From positions 64,001 through 128,000 of the IMG/VR virus record IMGVR_UViG_3300010167_001484: a DNA stretch of 64,000 nucleotides, one strand, 5' to 3'. Each line of letters starts with the position of its first letter. The first letter of the stretch is position 1. The position numbers and the translations under genes are program-made. This document shows positions 46,645 to 56,913 of this stretch, piece by piece. The DNA comes from a virus. Lineage: Duplodnaviria; Caudoviricetes. The notes beneath the pieces were generated by a model, which ran no database searches, was not told the origin of the DNA, and worked only from the letters and a program-made list of their open reading frames with translations.

Positions 46645-47246
46645 TGTCAATTAACCTTATTGGTAAAGATATTGAAATAATGCGTAAATATTATAATGAA
46701 GCTCTTGCTATGCAAGGTATTCCAGCAAAATATCAATACCCTAATTTACCTGATAGTAATTTGCATGGTGAAGCTTTGATTGATTCATATTCAGATATGA
46801 TTGATACTCATGTATTCTTTGATGGTGCCCCTAAAGCTAAAACATATAAGCGATATGGATGGGTAGTTGAGAATGATGATAATCTTCCATTCTTAGTTAG
46901 ATGTAGTTATCATATGGAGAGTCTTCAAAAAGATTGTTTATTTCATATAGGAGGTCAACATGCTAATTTTCCTGATAGAATTTTTCGTGTTACTGAATTA
47001 ACTTGTGATCTTCAAGCTCCTGACCACTATGTATGTCAAGTTGTACCTGTGTATGGTAAAGATAGTAAAGATATAGTCGGTAGAACTAAAGTAGAGGTTG
47101 CACAAACTTACAACAAATCTAATACATTTCTTAAATCTGAAACAGATTATCGTGGCAAAGTGTATTCACCTTTAGCTGAAGGTGGAGGAACAACAAAGAA
47201 ACCGTTGTTACCTGTAATAGGTTTAGAAGTGGATAAAGATGGTTAG
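46641..47246 (+). CDS. probable neck/head-closure protein
   Basis: position between portal and tail genes; beta-rich C-terminus (RIFRVTEL). Confidence 0.5.
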   Translation: MMSINLIGKDIEIMRKYYNEALAMQGIPAKYQYPNLPDSNLHGEALIDSYSDMIDTHVFFDGAPKAKTYKRYGWVVENDDNLPFLVRCSYHMESLQKDCLFHIGGQHANFPDRIFRVTELTCDLQAPDHYVCQVVPVYGKDSKDIVGRTKVEVAQTYNKSNTFLKSETDYRGKVYSPLAEGGGTTKKPLLPVIGLEVDKDG

Positions 47247-47262
47247 ATAGGTGGAATGACTT

Positions 47263-47874
47263 ATTTTACATAAATATGATGAAGCCATAGCTGAAAATCT
47301 TCAAGAATCTTTTAATCAAGATTCTGATAAACGTGTTACTGTGAAGGCTGTTTCTTCTGAAAGTATTTTACAACTTGTTGCTCAGATAAAAGAAGATGAA
47401 ATAGAGTTTCCTGTTGTTGCTCTAGTAAGGAGTCCTAATTACCAATTAGATTCAGCCAGAATGAATTTTACAATGAGGCAACAAGGTATTCAATCTGTTA
47501 TGGATACAGAAACAAATGAGATATTTCAAGAAAGATCTCTTCCAGTTACATTGAGTTACAGTTTAACTATTCTAGCAACTAATACAATAGATATGGATGA
47601 ACTCGAAAGAGAGTTACTCTTCAAATATACATCCATGTATTTCTTAAGTATAAATTTACCTTATGAGGCAGATCGTAAGATTAGATTCGGTATTGAGGTT
47701 GATTTTGATCAAGATATAGATAGATCTTCTACTACAGGTGAATATTTAGCTGAAGGGAAATTGCATCAAACAGTGATACCGTTAAAATGTCAAGGTGCTG
47801 TATTAGTTCATTATACACCATTTAAATTAAAACGTACAGAAGTTGGTTATGAGATAGTCACACCCGGGGAGTGA
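47263..47874 (+). CDS. probable tail terminator/completion protein (gp15-like); start probably ATT at 47263
   Basis: FPVVAL.R and PVTLSYSLTI...DELERELLF motifs; frame is open upstream of GTG 47341 with an RBS before the ATT. Confidence 0.55.
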   Translation: MLHKYDEAIAENLQESFNQDSDKRVTVKAVSSESILQLVAQIKEDEIEFPVVALVRSPNYQLDSARMNFTMRQQGIQSVMDTETNEIFQERSLPVTLSYSLTILATNTIDMDELERELLFKYTSMYFLSINLPYEADRKIRFGIEVDFDQDIDRSSTTGEYLAEGKLHQTVIPLKCQGAVLVHYTPFKLKRTEVGYEIVTPGE

Positions 47875-48518
47875 TTATGGATATAAGATTAAAATTATAC
47901 ACCGGTGATGGTGATAGATTATTACCAGAATTAGATCGTGAATCTATTGTTGATTTAATATATCCAATAGGTAGTATATATTTGACTGTTAATGAATCAC
48001 GTCCTGAAATCTTATTTGGTGGAGAATGGGTAGAATGGGGTCAAGGAAGAGTTCCCATAGGATTAGGGCAAGGTGCAGGATTAACCAATCAATCTATTCT
48101 AGAGTATACAGGTGGATCAGAGACAATTTCTCATACACATACTAGTTCAGCTCATACACATACATCGGTTGCACATACACATACTAGTGCAGCTCATACT
48201 CATGCTGAAGGTACATTGGCTGCAAGTATGAATTCACAAACTGGTGGTATATATGTGCGAGAGAGGTCTGTTAGTGGTAATTGGCCTGCCACTTATTTAT
48301 TTAATATTCCTGGGGCTACAAGATCAAATACCACATTGGGTATGTCTGCAAACAATAATGCACAAGTTTTTGGGGCAACTGGATCTACAACTCCGGGAGC
48401 TACAGGATCTACAACCCCGGGAGCTACAGGATCTACAACTCCAAATGATACAGGAAATACAGTTGTATCCATTGTTCAACCCTATATAGTTTGTTATATG
48501 TGGAAACGGATTGCATAG
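47871..48518 (+). CDS. His-needle tail fibre/receptor-binding module 1
   Basis: YPIGSIY..LFGG.W...GR collar, HTH repeats, TGSTTPGA repeats, QPYIVCYMWKR. Confidence 0.8.
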   Translation: MIMDIRLKLYTGDGDRLLPELDRESIVDLIYPIGSIYLTVNESRPEILFGGEWVEWGQGRVPIGLGQGAGLTNQSILEYTGGSETISHTHTSSAHTHTSVAHTHTSAAHTHAEGTLAASMNSQTGGIYVRERSVSGNWPATYLFNIPGATRSNTTLGMSANNNAQVFGATGSTTPGATGSTTPGATGSTTPNDTGNTVVSIVQPYIVCYMWKRIA

Positions 48519-49168
48519 TGTCTAAGAAGTTAGAATTGAAAACAGAAGAAAGTGAAGAATTATATCCTAGAATACATGTTGATCAGATATATCCTATCGG
48601 TTCAATTTATATGAGTGTAAATAGTATCAATCCCTTTGAATTATTTGGAGGTGTATGGGAACCTTGGGCAGCTGGTAGAGTTCCTGTAGGTATAGAAGAT
48701 TTTGGTAAATTTAATTTATCTGAAGCTGTTGGAGGAGAAGAATCAACGATTTTAACAGTAGATCAACTAGCTCAACACAATCATAGTAATACTAATAATC
48801 CTACTACACTTCCAGCAAGTGGAGTTCCTAGTAATAATACTACAGCTAATCAATCTGCTAATCATAATCATACATATACAACTCCTCCTAGATTATTTGT
48901 TAATGTAGATAATTCAATAGGTTCAACTGAATGTATTAATCCAGCTATTGCAGAAGCTTCTAGAGTTCATGCTCGTGGTGGTCAAACAACTTGTAATCTT
49001 GATACAGGAACTACAAGCCATAATCTTACAAGCCATAATCATACAATGCAGAATCATACACATACGTTACCAAATCCTATACATCCTACAAATAATGAGG
49101 GCGCTAACCAAGCACATAATAATTTACAACCATATATAGTTTGTTATATGTGGAAACGTGTTGCATAA
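48518..49168 (+). CDS. His-needle receptor-binding module 2
   Basis: same framework; GTG start at 48518. Confidence 0.8.
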   Translation: MSKKLELKTEESEELYPRIHVDQIYPIGSIYMSVNSINPFELFGGVWEPWAAGRVPVGIEDFGKFNLSEAVGGEESTILTVDQLAQHNHSNTNNPTTLPASGVPSNNTTANQSANHNHTYTTPPRLFVNVDNSIGSTECINPAIAEASRVHARGGQTTCNLDTGTTSHNLTSHNHTMQNHTHTLPNPIHPTNNEGANQAHNNLQPYIVCYMWKRVA

Positions 49169-49177
49169 TAGAATTAG

Positions 49178-49909
49178 GTGATATATTTGAGAAAAAGATT
49201 AACATTATTTACAGAAGATGGAACAGAATTAATTGCAGGTCTTCCTGCTGATGAGATAGTTGATTTAATCTATCCTGTAGGTGCTGTATATATTTCTGTA
49301 GTTAATATCAATCCTGAAACATTATGGGGTGGAGAATGGGAATCTATAGGTAAGGGTCGTACTCTTGTTGGTGTAGATACTACAGATAATGATTTTAATG
49401 CTGTGGAGAAGATAGGTGGAATAAAGAATTCACCACATACTCATGCATTAACAAATCATGTACATTCTCAAGCTCATACTCACAATATGCCTCACACTCA
49501 TAATTCAGCGGCACATACTCATACAGTAGGAGATCATTACCATAGTTTAGATGCTAATGGTTTCGCTCAGATAGGTGTAAGGGTTGGAGGAAATTCTTTA
49601 GGTTATAATTTTGGTAATACAACATTCACATCTAGACAGTGTGGAGCATTTCAAACACCTGAAGTAGTTGCAAGTATACATGCAACCCCTTTATTTGGTA
49701 GAACTGCTGCTATGACTGCAGCAGCTAATACAGGATCTACTACGCCAGGAGTAACTGGCGCTGTTAATACAGCTGCTACTGCAGGTGTGAATACTGCGAA
49801 TACAGGTGATCCTACAACATTACCTGCAACAGGAAGTTCATCTAATGATAACATTAGTTCAAATCTTCAACCGTACATAACAGTATTCATTTGGAAGAGA
49901 GTCGCATAA
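49178..49909 (+). CDS. His-needle receptor-binding module 3
   Basis: same framework. Confidence 0.8.
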   Translation: MIYLRKRLTLFTEDGTELIAGLPADEIVDLIYPVGAVYISVVNINPETLWGGEWESIGKGRTLVGVDTTDNDFNAVEKIGGIKNSPHTHALTNHVHSQAHTHNMPHTHNSAAHTHTVGDHYHSLDANGFAQIGVRVGGNSLGYNFGNTTFTSRQCGAFQTPEVVASIHATPLFGRTAAMTAAANTGSTTPGVTGAVNTAATAGVNTANTGDPTTLPATGSSSNDNISSNLQPYITVFIWKRVA

Positions 49910-49940
49910 CCTTCTATTATAATAAGGAGATGGTAATAGT

Positions 49941-50366
49941 ATGAATAATCCAGAAATTGTGTTAACCAGTAATATCAAAAGAATAACATCTAATCAAGCT
50001 CCATCTGAGTTAGAGCTTCCTTTAGGTTTTATAGCTTTTGGAGAAGTTATGGGAGAATATAGAATATTTGGTAATTCTGATGGTAATATTGTAGATTTAA
50101 CAAATTTTGTTGTTATATCTCAACCTGATACTGTGAAAGGTAGAATTGGTGGAGAAGGACCTACACAAGATTTACCTTTTGAAGAATTGAAATATTTATT
50201 AGGAATACCTATCTTTGAATTAACTGGTGATTCTCTTAATATAAGAACTATTAAGAAAGATACTAGTTCCGAAGAAGAAGCTCCAATTGAACCTTGTTGT
50301 GAGAATTATCCAGATTGTAATTGTAATGTAGATATTCCAGAAGGTCCTCCTCCTATAGGACCGTAA
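49941..50366 (+). CDS. probable tail fibre anchor/adaptor protein
   Basis: P..L..G.IAF segment typical of fibre N-termini; follows a late promoter motif. Confidence 0.45.
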   Translation: MNNPEIVLTSNIKRITSNQAPSELELPLGFIAFGEVMGEYRIFGNSDGNIVDLTNFVVISQPDTVKGRIGGEGPTQDLPFEELKYLLGIPIFELTGDSLNIRTIKKDTSSEEEAPIEPCCENYPDCNCNVDIPEGPPPIGP

Positions 50367-50387
50367 AATTAGAGGGTGTAATTAAAT

Positions 50388-51860
50388 ATGAGTAATATAT
50401 TATTACAGAATTTTGGGGATGGAGAAATTTGGGTTCCGTGTGTATGTACAGATGCAACATATACAGATAAATTTTCTAAATTTATATTAGTTGAGTACAC
50501 AGTAATCAATAATAGACATGTAGGATTCTGTAAACTTTGTAATCGTAGTCATAGTCATGCTCCTGTATGGAATAGTGTATGGGACGGTAATCCTACATTC
50601 TTTCAACATAAGCGTAGTTGTATATATCCTGGTTGTACTATTCAAGAAAGTAAGAATCATGATATGGTATCTACTACAGTAGGAGTATCTAATCCTACAA
50701 GTTTACATAAAAGTGATTGTAACCATTGTAATGTAAGTTTTGAAAGTAATCATCAGAATTTTACATGGAGTGTTGCTAGTGCAAGTACTAATCCAACTTG
50801 GAGTAATACTATATGTGAATTTAGAAGGTGCACTGATTGTAATAGGCTTGAAACAAATGGACATACTTGGGGATTGCAGATAGTAGATAGAATAGGGGTG
50901 GAACATTGTACTTATGCTGGTGATGGTTCAAATAGTAATCCTCCTTTAGATCCAGCTAATGCTCAACATAGAATTACACACCGTTGTCAAAGATGTAATA
51001 GGTCTAATCACAACATAAGTCCGAACCCTCAAATACAGAATCATACAATGGGACCATGGACTCCTTGGTATAATAATAGTCAACATGGTTGTAGTAGAAC
51101 TCGTACTTGTACTGTTGTAGGTTGTGGCCAAAGTCAATATCAAAATGTTTCACATCAATGGAGTGGTAGTAATTGCACTAGATGCGGTTTAACTAATGCA
51201 CCTCAATGTTATATTACAGGTCAACACAATTTTATTACTCAGACTTATTATTGGAAGCATTGGTCTATACCTGATTTATATTGTTATCAAATAATAAAAT
51301 GTTCATACTGTGGATGTACTGCAAGTAAGGAGTCTCAAACTCATGATTTCACCATAACTGTTCCAAATGCTCCTGCCAGTACAAAAGCTTGTAGAAGATG
51401 TGGTGTATGTAATAAACATTGGAATAATAATGCATGGACCAACAACGGTATCAATGAAAAACAAGCAGGAACATGTTCTTCTCCAAGTTGTACACAACCT
51501 GCACCTATTCATTATAGAGGACATACATGGAGATTAGGATGGGAAAGAAATTCAACACAACATTGGCAGATATGTAATTCTTGTCCTACTAACAATAGAG
51601 CCGAGCGTAATCGTGCAAGTCACGATTTTGGGAATTGGTTTTTCTGGAATCAAGATAATGATATATGTCAAAGAAGATTTGAAAGCTGTATATGTGGTCA
51701 ACCTAATCTAGATGTCATAAGAGAACACATATATGATGAGCATGATAAGTGTACAAGACCTGGTTGTACTTGGAATAAAGAAGTAATTGAAGATGTGATT
51801 GAATGGTGTCCATTCTGTAATGGAACAGGGTGTTCAAGCTGTAAGAAGGATGTGATATAA
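50388..51860 (+). CDS. Cys/His/Trp-rich repeat protein (putative Zn-binding fibre or adhesin)
   Basis: many H-x-W...C-xx-C units over 490 aa. Confidence 0.7.
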   Translation: MSNILLQNFGDGEIWVPCVCTDATYTDKFSKFILVEYTVINNRHVGFCKLCNRSHSHAPVWNSVWDGNPTFFQHKRSCIYPGCTIQESKNHDMVSTTVGVSNPTSLHKSDCNHCNVSFESNHQNFTWSVASASTNPTWSNTICEFRRCTDCNRLETNGHTWGLQIVDRIGVEHCTYAGDGSNSNPPLDPANAQHRITHRCQRCNRSNHNISPNPQIQNHTMGPWTPWYNNSQHGCSRTRTCTVVGCGQSQYQNVSHQWSGSNCTRCGLTNAPQCYITGQHNFITQTYYWKHWSIPDLYCYQIIKCSYCGCTASKESQTHDFTITVPNAPASTKACRRCGVCNKHWNNNAWTNNGINEKQAGTCSSPSCTQPAPIHYRGHTWRLGWERNSTQHWQICNSCPTNNRAERNRASHDFGNWFFWNQDNDICQRRFESCICGQPNLDVIREHIYDEHDKCTRPGCTWNKEVIEDVIEWCPFCNGTGCSSCKKDVI

Positions 51861-53218
51861 TGCCTTTCATATGTGAAGATGTACTTATACCTGAAGTGGC
51901 AGGTAAATTAACATTCAATAATCAACAGTTGATGAAAGTTATATATGATGATGTAGAAGTTTGGTCTGTAACACCTTTCAGAATAGCTACATTAGATATA
52001 TTACCTGTTATGGTAGTAGGTATACAGTTTATTCAAACAATTATTAGTGTTTCGCATACTGATAAGATTGTAGAAAATCTTGATGGAGAAGGGTATATAG
52101 TTGAATATGTATTAGATAGAAAATTCAGTTTAGCGGGTGGTGAGCTTCCTACAGGATTAACATTAGATGAAGATGGAGTTTTATCGGGTATACCTGAGGA
52201 AGAAGGTATATTCACTTTTGAAATAAAATCTGAGATTGTAGATGGTGAATCTGATGTCAAAGAATTCTCAGTGTATGTTAGGCCTGCAACAACAGATTGG
52301 GTTGTAGAATTTCCGATACTTATTGAAACATTGATGAATAAAGGTAGAGTATTCATCACAGAACCTTCACCAGATGTGTTCAGATATTTTATCATAAATG
52401 GGCATCTGAGTGAATATCTAGAAATAGTGCCAGATTATCACAAACATGAGGGTTCATACTCTTATATTGAGCCATTGACAGTTTGTCCGTCTGCTCCGAA
52501 GATTACAAGTATAACTCGTGGAATAGATACTTTAACTATATATTGGGATAGACCTGAATTAGATGGTAACGTACCTATATTATATCAGATTTCTCTAGAT
52601 GGTGGTACAACATGGATGATAGCTAAAGGTCAGAATGAAGATACTATAGCTGATACAGATATATTAACTAAGTATGATATAATTGTTAGAGGTTATAACG
52701 TCTTCTATATTGGTCCAAATAGTGAACCATTTATATCCTATCCATCAATTATAGCAACTGTTATTGATCCTGAAGATAGTGAAACTAGTGAAGCGAGATT
52801 AGGTCAGATAGTATATAATTCATTAGTTGATGGTGTTTCGCATAATATTAAGATCATGGAATTTATACAGACTGAAGATAAGATGACTATGGTATTAGAA
52901 CTTACATCTCTTTGTGATATAGAGGGTCATACATTCAATGAATGGTCTGTTATTGAAGAGCCAACGTGTACAGAATTTGGTGAAGAGCAACGTAGTTGTT
53001 CCAGATGTAAATATATAGAATCACAAGAGATTATAGCTTTAGGTCATATTCCTGGTATAGCTGCTACGTGTGTAGAAGATCAAACATGTGAAGTTTGTAA
53101 TGAAATATTAGTATCTGCATTAGGTCATTCTTTCGGTGAATGGTATATAGATGGTGATCTGGAGCGAAGAGATTGTAAATTGTGTGATTACTATGAAACA
53201 CAGGATATATCTGAATGA
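51860..53218 (+). CDS. Ig-like (He_PIG) + FN3 + Cys/His repeat virion protein
   Basis: GELPTGLTL..DGVLSGIP; PSAPKI...IYWDRP..DG FN3; PTCTE.G...C..C...ALGH repeats. Confidence 0.75.
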   Translation: MPFICEDVLIPEVAGKLTFNNQQLMKVIYDDVEVWSVTPFRIATLDILPVMVVGIQFIQTIISVSHTDKIVENLDGEGYIVEYVLDRKFSLAGGELPTGLTLDEDGVLSGIPEEEGIFTFEIKSEIVDGESDVKEFSVYVRPATTDWVVEFPILIETLMNKGRVFITEPSPDVFRYFIINGHLSEYLEIVPDYHKHEGSYSYIEPLTVCPSAPKITSITRGIDTLTIYWDRPELDGNVPILYQISLDGGTTWMIAKGQNEDTIADTDILTKYDIIVRGYNVFYIGPNSEPFISYPSIIATVIDPEDSETSEARLGQIVYNSLVDGVSHNIKIMEFIQTEDKMTMVLELTSLCDIEGHTFNEWSVIEEPTCTEFGEEQRSCSRCKYIESQEIIALGHIPGIAATCVEDQTCEVCNEILVSALGHSFGEWYIDGDLERRDCKLCDYYETQDISE

Positions 53219-53904
53219 ATAAATTAGAATTAGTCGATAGTGATGGTGAATCTTTATTTCCAATAACAGATGTTGAGTGTGTTAATGGTATTGAAGATTT
53301 AATAGATACAAAAATGATAACTCCTGAGGATATGATAAATTTCATATTTAATAAGATTTATCCGGTTGGTTGTATCTACATGTCAATAAATAATAAGAAT
53401 CCTTCTTTACTTTTTGGTGGTGAATGGTTAGCTTGGGGTCAAGGTAGAGTTCCCGTTGGTGTAGATACTAGTGGTACATTTAATACTATAGAGAAAATAG
53501 GTGGCGCAGAAAATGTTGGACACACGCATACAAGTGCAGCTCATACTCATACAAGTGCTGCTCATACTCATACTGGTCCAAGTCATAGTCATGGACTAGG
53601 TGCAGGGTACGCTTTTGCGGGTCGGGGTGGTACAAATGCGGCATCTCCTACAGCTATAACTATAAATGAAAAGACAGTAGCGCAGTGGGCGTCTACTGCA
53701 CAGTTTGGTGCTGTAGGTACAACGCAAATGTATTCAACGCGTGGTATAGGATTAGGTGGCACTACTGATAATGGAGGTACAGGAGCAACTGGAAGTACGA
53801 CTCCAGGAGCAACTGGAAGTACGACTCCAGGAGCAACTGGAAGTACATCTTCGTCAACAGTACAACCTTATATCACCTGTTATATGTGGAAAAGAGTTGC
53901 ATAA
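53215..53904 (+). CDS. His-needle receptor-binding module 4
   Basis: same framework. Confidence 0.8.
   Translation: MNKLELVDSDGESLFPITDVECVNGIEDLIDTKMITPEDMINFIFNKIYPVGCIYMSINNKNPSLLFGGEWLAWGQGRVPVGVDTSGTFNTIEKIGGAENVGHTHTSAAHTHTSAAHTHTGPSHSHGLGAGYAFAGRGGTNAASPTAITINEKTVAQWASTAQFGAVGTTQMYSTRGIGLGGTTDNGGTGATGSTTPGATGSTTPGATGSTSSSTVQPYITCYMWKRVA
53780..53846 (+). repeat. 24-bp tandem repeat (GATGSTTP) within module 4
   Basis: CAGGAGCAACTGGAAGTACGACTC x2.8; related arrays at 48378-48443 and 57783-57830. Confidence 0.85.
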
Positions 53905-54488
53905 TGTCTATAGAATTAGAATTAAAAACAAATGATAATGAAAACTTATACCCTAATATAAACATTCAAAAAGTAATTGATATAATTTATCCTATAGGTT
54001 CTGTATATATTACAGTTAATGATATTAGTCCGCAAATATTATTTGGAGGTATTTGGGAACAGATAAGTAAAGGTCGTACTCTTGTTGGTGTAGATGATTC
54101 TGATTTTGATTTCAATATTGAAGAAAAATGGGGGGGGGCGAAGTCCCTATCTCATTCACACAATAATCCAGCAATAGGTAGTACAATAGCAACAAATGTT
54201 GCTCACGCTATAACAGTGGCTCAGATTCCTCAACATAATCATACATCTAGAATGTTAACTAGAGGTGTTGCAGATACTCATTCGACAGATGTAGCGTGGC
54301 CTAGGTTTGCATTAGGTCCGACAAATAGTTCGTTTGAAAGTTGGGTATTCACCGGAAATACGGGTTCTGGAAATACACACAATCATACTCAAAATAGTCA
54401 TACACACTCTTTAACTAAAACGGATAATACAGAAATATCTATATTACAACCTTATTTAACAGTATTCATATATAAGAGAGTATCATGA
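53904..54488 (+). CDS. His-needle receptor-binding module 5
   Basis: same framework; ATG at 53904. Confidence 0.8.
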   Translation: MSIELELKTNDNENLYPNINIQKVIDIIYPIGSVYITVNDISPQILFGGIWEQISKGRTLVGVDDSDFDFNIEEKWGGAKSLSHSHNNPAIGSTIATNVAHAITVAQIPQHNHTSRMLTRGVADTHSTDVAWPRFALGPTNSSFESWVFTGNTGSGNTHNHTQNSHTHSLTKTDNTEISILQPYLTVFIYKRVS

Positions 54489-55183
54489 AAGAATTAGAAT
54501 TCAAAAATGATGATGGTCAACGATTAAACCCGAGGACACATTTTTCACAAATTGATGGATTAGATGATCAGTTAAAAATAAATATGCCTCCTGGTGGTAT
54601 TATAATGTGGTCAGGTACAGTGAGTAATGTACCTGAAGGTTGGTTGTTGTGTGATGGTACTAAAGGTACCCCAGATCTAAGGGATAGATTTATAGTAGGA
54701 GCTGGTAGTACATATAATCCAAGTAGCATAGGTGGTAATAACACTGTTGCGATTACAACAGCACAAATGCCTCAACATAATCATGGTAGTACAGGTAGCA
54801 CTACTCCTGGAAATACAGGTAATCCTACAACTACATTAAGTGCTGCTAGTGCTGGAGCTCATGAACATCTTGTTGGTATGAATAGTTCTGGAGCTCCGGC
54901 TGATAGAAGAATATATGGAGATGTATTAGGAGGATCAACCTCAATTTTATTGATGTATCCTTTAAGTAGTTCAAATCATGGTGTATTATCTATAAGAAAT
55001 GGTGCAGGATATACAGGTGGACCTTATGCAATTAGTAATGGTGCACATACTCATACAGTAACTAATAGTGCTCATGTACATACTAGTGCAGCTCATACTC
55101 ATAGTACAGGAGATACTGGTAGTGGTGCTGCACATGAAAATCGTCCACCTTATTATGCGTTATGCTTCATAATGAAAGAATGA
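54485..55183 (+). CDS. tail-collar-type His-needle module 6
   Basis: PPGGIIMWSG..VPEGWLLCDG..GTPDLRDRFIVGAG collar; HENRPPYYALCFIMK. Confidence 0.85.
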   Translation: MKELEFKNDDGQRLNPRTHFSQIDGLDDQLKINMPPGGIIMWSGTVSNVPEGWLLCDGTKGTPDLRDRFIVGAGSTYNPSSIGGNNTVAITTAQMPQHNHGSTGSTTPGNTGNPTTTLSAASAGAHEHLVGMNSSGAPADRRIYGDVLGGSTSILLMYPLSSSNHGVLSIRNGAGYTGGPYAISNGAHTHTVTNSAHVHTSAAHTHSTGDTGSGAAHENRPPYYALCFIMKE

Positions 55184-55184
55184 T

Positions 55185-55892
55185 ATGAAAGAATTAGAAC
55201 TCAAAACTAATGATGATATATTGAATCCTATAACTGATGAAATACTGAATTTCCTCTTCAATAGAATTTATCCTATCGGTTATATCTATATGAGTGTTGA
55301 TGATATCAATCCTGGTGAATTATTCTGCGGAACTTGGATAAGATGGGGTAGCGGTAGAGTACCTGTAGGTATAGATAAGACTGATTCTGATTTCGATGCT
55401 ACTGAGAAGATAGGTGGATACAAAAGTCACACTCACAATCTAAGTAATCATACTCATACAATAAGCAACCATGTACATTCACAAGCTCACACTCACAATA
55501 GTGCAGCTCATTTTCATTCAGAAGGAGCTCATACACATAATCTAGATGAAAATGGAGCAGCAGCAATATTTTGGAGAAATGGTGCTATTATACATGAAAG
55601 AAATCAAAGTATAGGTATAACAGGGTGGGGAAGATATATTATAACAGGAACAGCAGATACTGTGAATGAAAATACCACTCAAAGTACACGCATAAAAGGA
55701 AGAACAGCAGCTATGACAGCAGCAGCAAATACAGGATCTACTACTCCTGGAGTAACTGGAGGAGTTAATACTGATAATACTGGTAATCCTACAGTATTGC
55801 TTGCTAGTGGAGAACCATCAAATAATAATACAAATCAACAATCAAATGTTCAACCATATATAATATGTTATATGTGGAAAAGAGTTTCTTGA
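55185..55892 (+). CDS. His-needle receptor-binding module 7
   Basis: same framework. Confidence 0.8.
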   Translation: MKELELKTNDDILNPITDEILNFLFNRIYPIGYIYMSVDDINPGELFCGTWIRWGSGRVPVGIDKTDSDFDATEKIGGYKSHTHNLSNHTHTISNHVHSQAHTHNSAAHFHSEGAHTHNLDENGAAAIFWRNGAIIHERNQSIGITGWGRYIITGTADTVNENTTQSTRIKGRTAAMTAAANTGSTTPGVTGGVNTDNTGNPTVLLASGEPSNNNTNQQSNVQPYIICYMWKRVS

Positions 55893-55893
55893 T

Positions 55894-56499
55894 ATGAATA
55901 AAGAGTTAATACTTCAAGATACTGAAGATAGTAAATTACATATTAGACCTCATGTTGATTATATTTATCCTATTGGTAGCATTTATATGTCTGTGAATGA
56001 TGTAGATCCTTCAGAATTGTTTGGAGGTATTTGGGAATTATTCAGCAGAGGTCGTACTATTGTCGGTATTGATGAAGGTGATTCTGATTTCGATGAGTCT
56101 GAGAAAATAGGTGGAAATGGGAATCATATACACAATCTTAATTCTCATACTCATACGAGTACATCTCATACTCATACTGTAGGTGCTCATACTCATAATT
56201 TAGATGCTAATGGAGCCGCATGTATTCTAATACAAGCTACTACAATAGCTACTGAAGACGGTGTAACTACTACAGGTTGGAATCGTCGTCGAAATATAAA
56301 TATAAATTCAGCGGTATCTGATGGTGGTGTTTTTGGTCATGGTACACCATTAAGAGGTAGAACAACAGCAATGACTGCAGCAGCTAATACAGGATCTACT
56401 ACTCCTGGAGTAACCGGAGTTCCATCAAACAATAATACAAATCAACAATCAAATTTACAACCATACATAACATGCTATATATTCAAACGTGTAGCATAA
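55894..56499 (+). CDS. His-needle receptor-binding module 8
   Basis: same framework. Confidence 0.8.
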   Translation: MNKELILQDTEDSKLHIRPHVDYIYPIGSIYMSVNDVDPSELFGGIWELFSRGRTIVGIDEGDSDFDESEKIGGNGNHIHNLNSHTHTSTSHTHTVGAHTHNLDANGAACILIQATTIATEDGVTTTGWNRRRNININSAVSDGGVFGHGTPLRGRTTAMTAAANTGSTTPGVTGVPSNNNTNQQSNLQPYITCYIFKRVA

Positions 56500-56514
56500 G
56501 AAAGAGAGGAAATT

Positions 56515-56913
56515 ATGAATTATGACAGAGTAGAGATTGTACCAAAAAGTGGAGATGTGTTCGATATAGAGTTTTATTATGAAGATGAACTGGTTCAAAC
56601 TTATAATAATATTCCTAATAACGATGCACATCAATATGCAGATTTAGTAGGTTCAACGTTTTTACCACCCTCAGAACCTTCTGATCCGTCAGAACCGTCG
56701 TTCTTTGAAGTATTCAAATTAGGTTTAGAATTAATGTCTGGACAGATTGGAGTAGATAGTATACCTGAGCATATGGTAGATCATCCAATCTTGAAGGGAA
56801 TTATAGATAAACAGAAAGTTGAATCTTCTATCTTAGAAGAGATGTCTCAAACAGGTCAAATACTTGAAGCATTATTAGAAGGTTATATGGAGGAGAGTGA
56901 TACAGATGAGTGA
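56515..56913 (+). CDS. hypothetical tail-fibre-associated protein
   Basis: RBS; lies within the fibre cluster. Confidence 0.55.
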   Translation: MNYDRVEIVPKSGDVFDIEFYYEDELVQTYNNIPNNDAHQYADLVGSTFLPPSEPSDPSEPSFFEVFKLGLELMSGQIGVDSIPEHMVDHPILKGIIDKQKVESSILEEMSQTGQILEALLEGYMEESDTDE

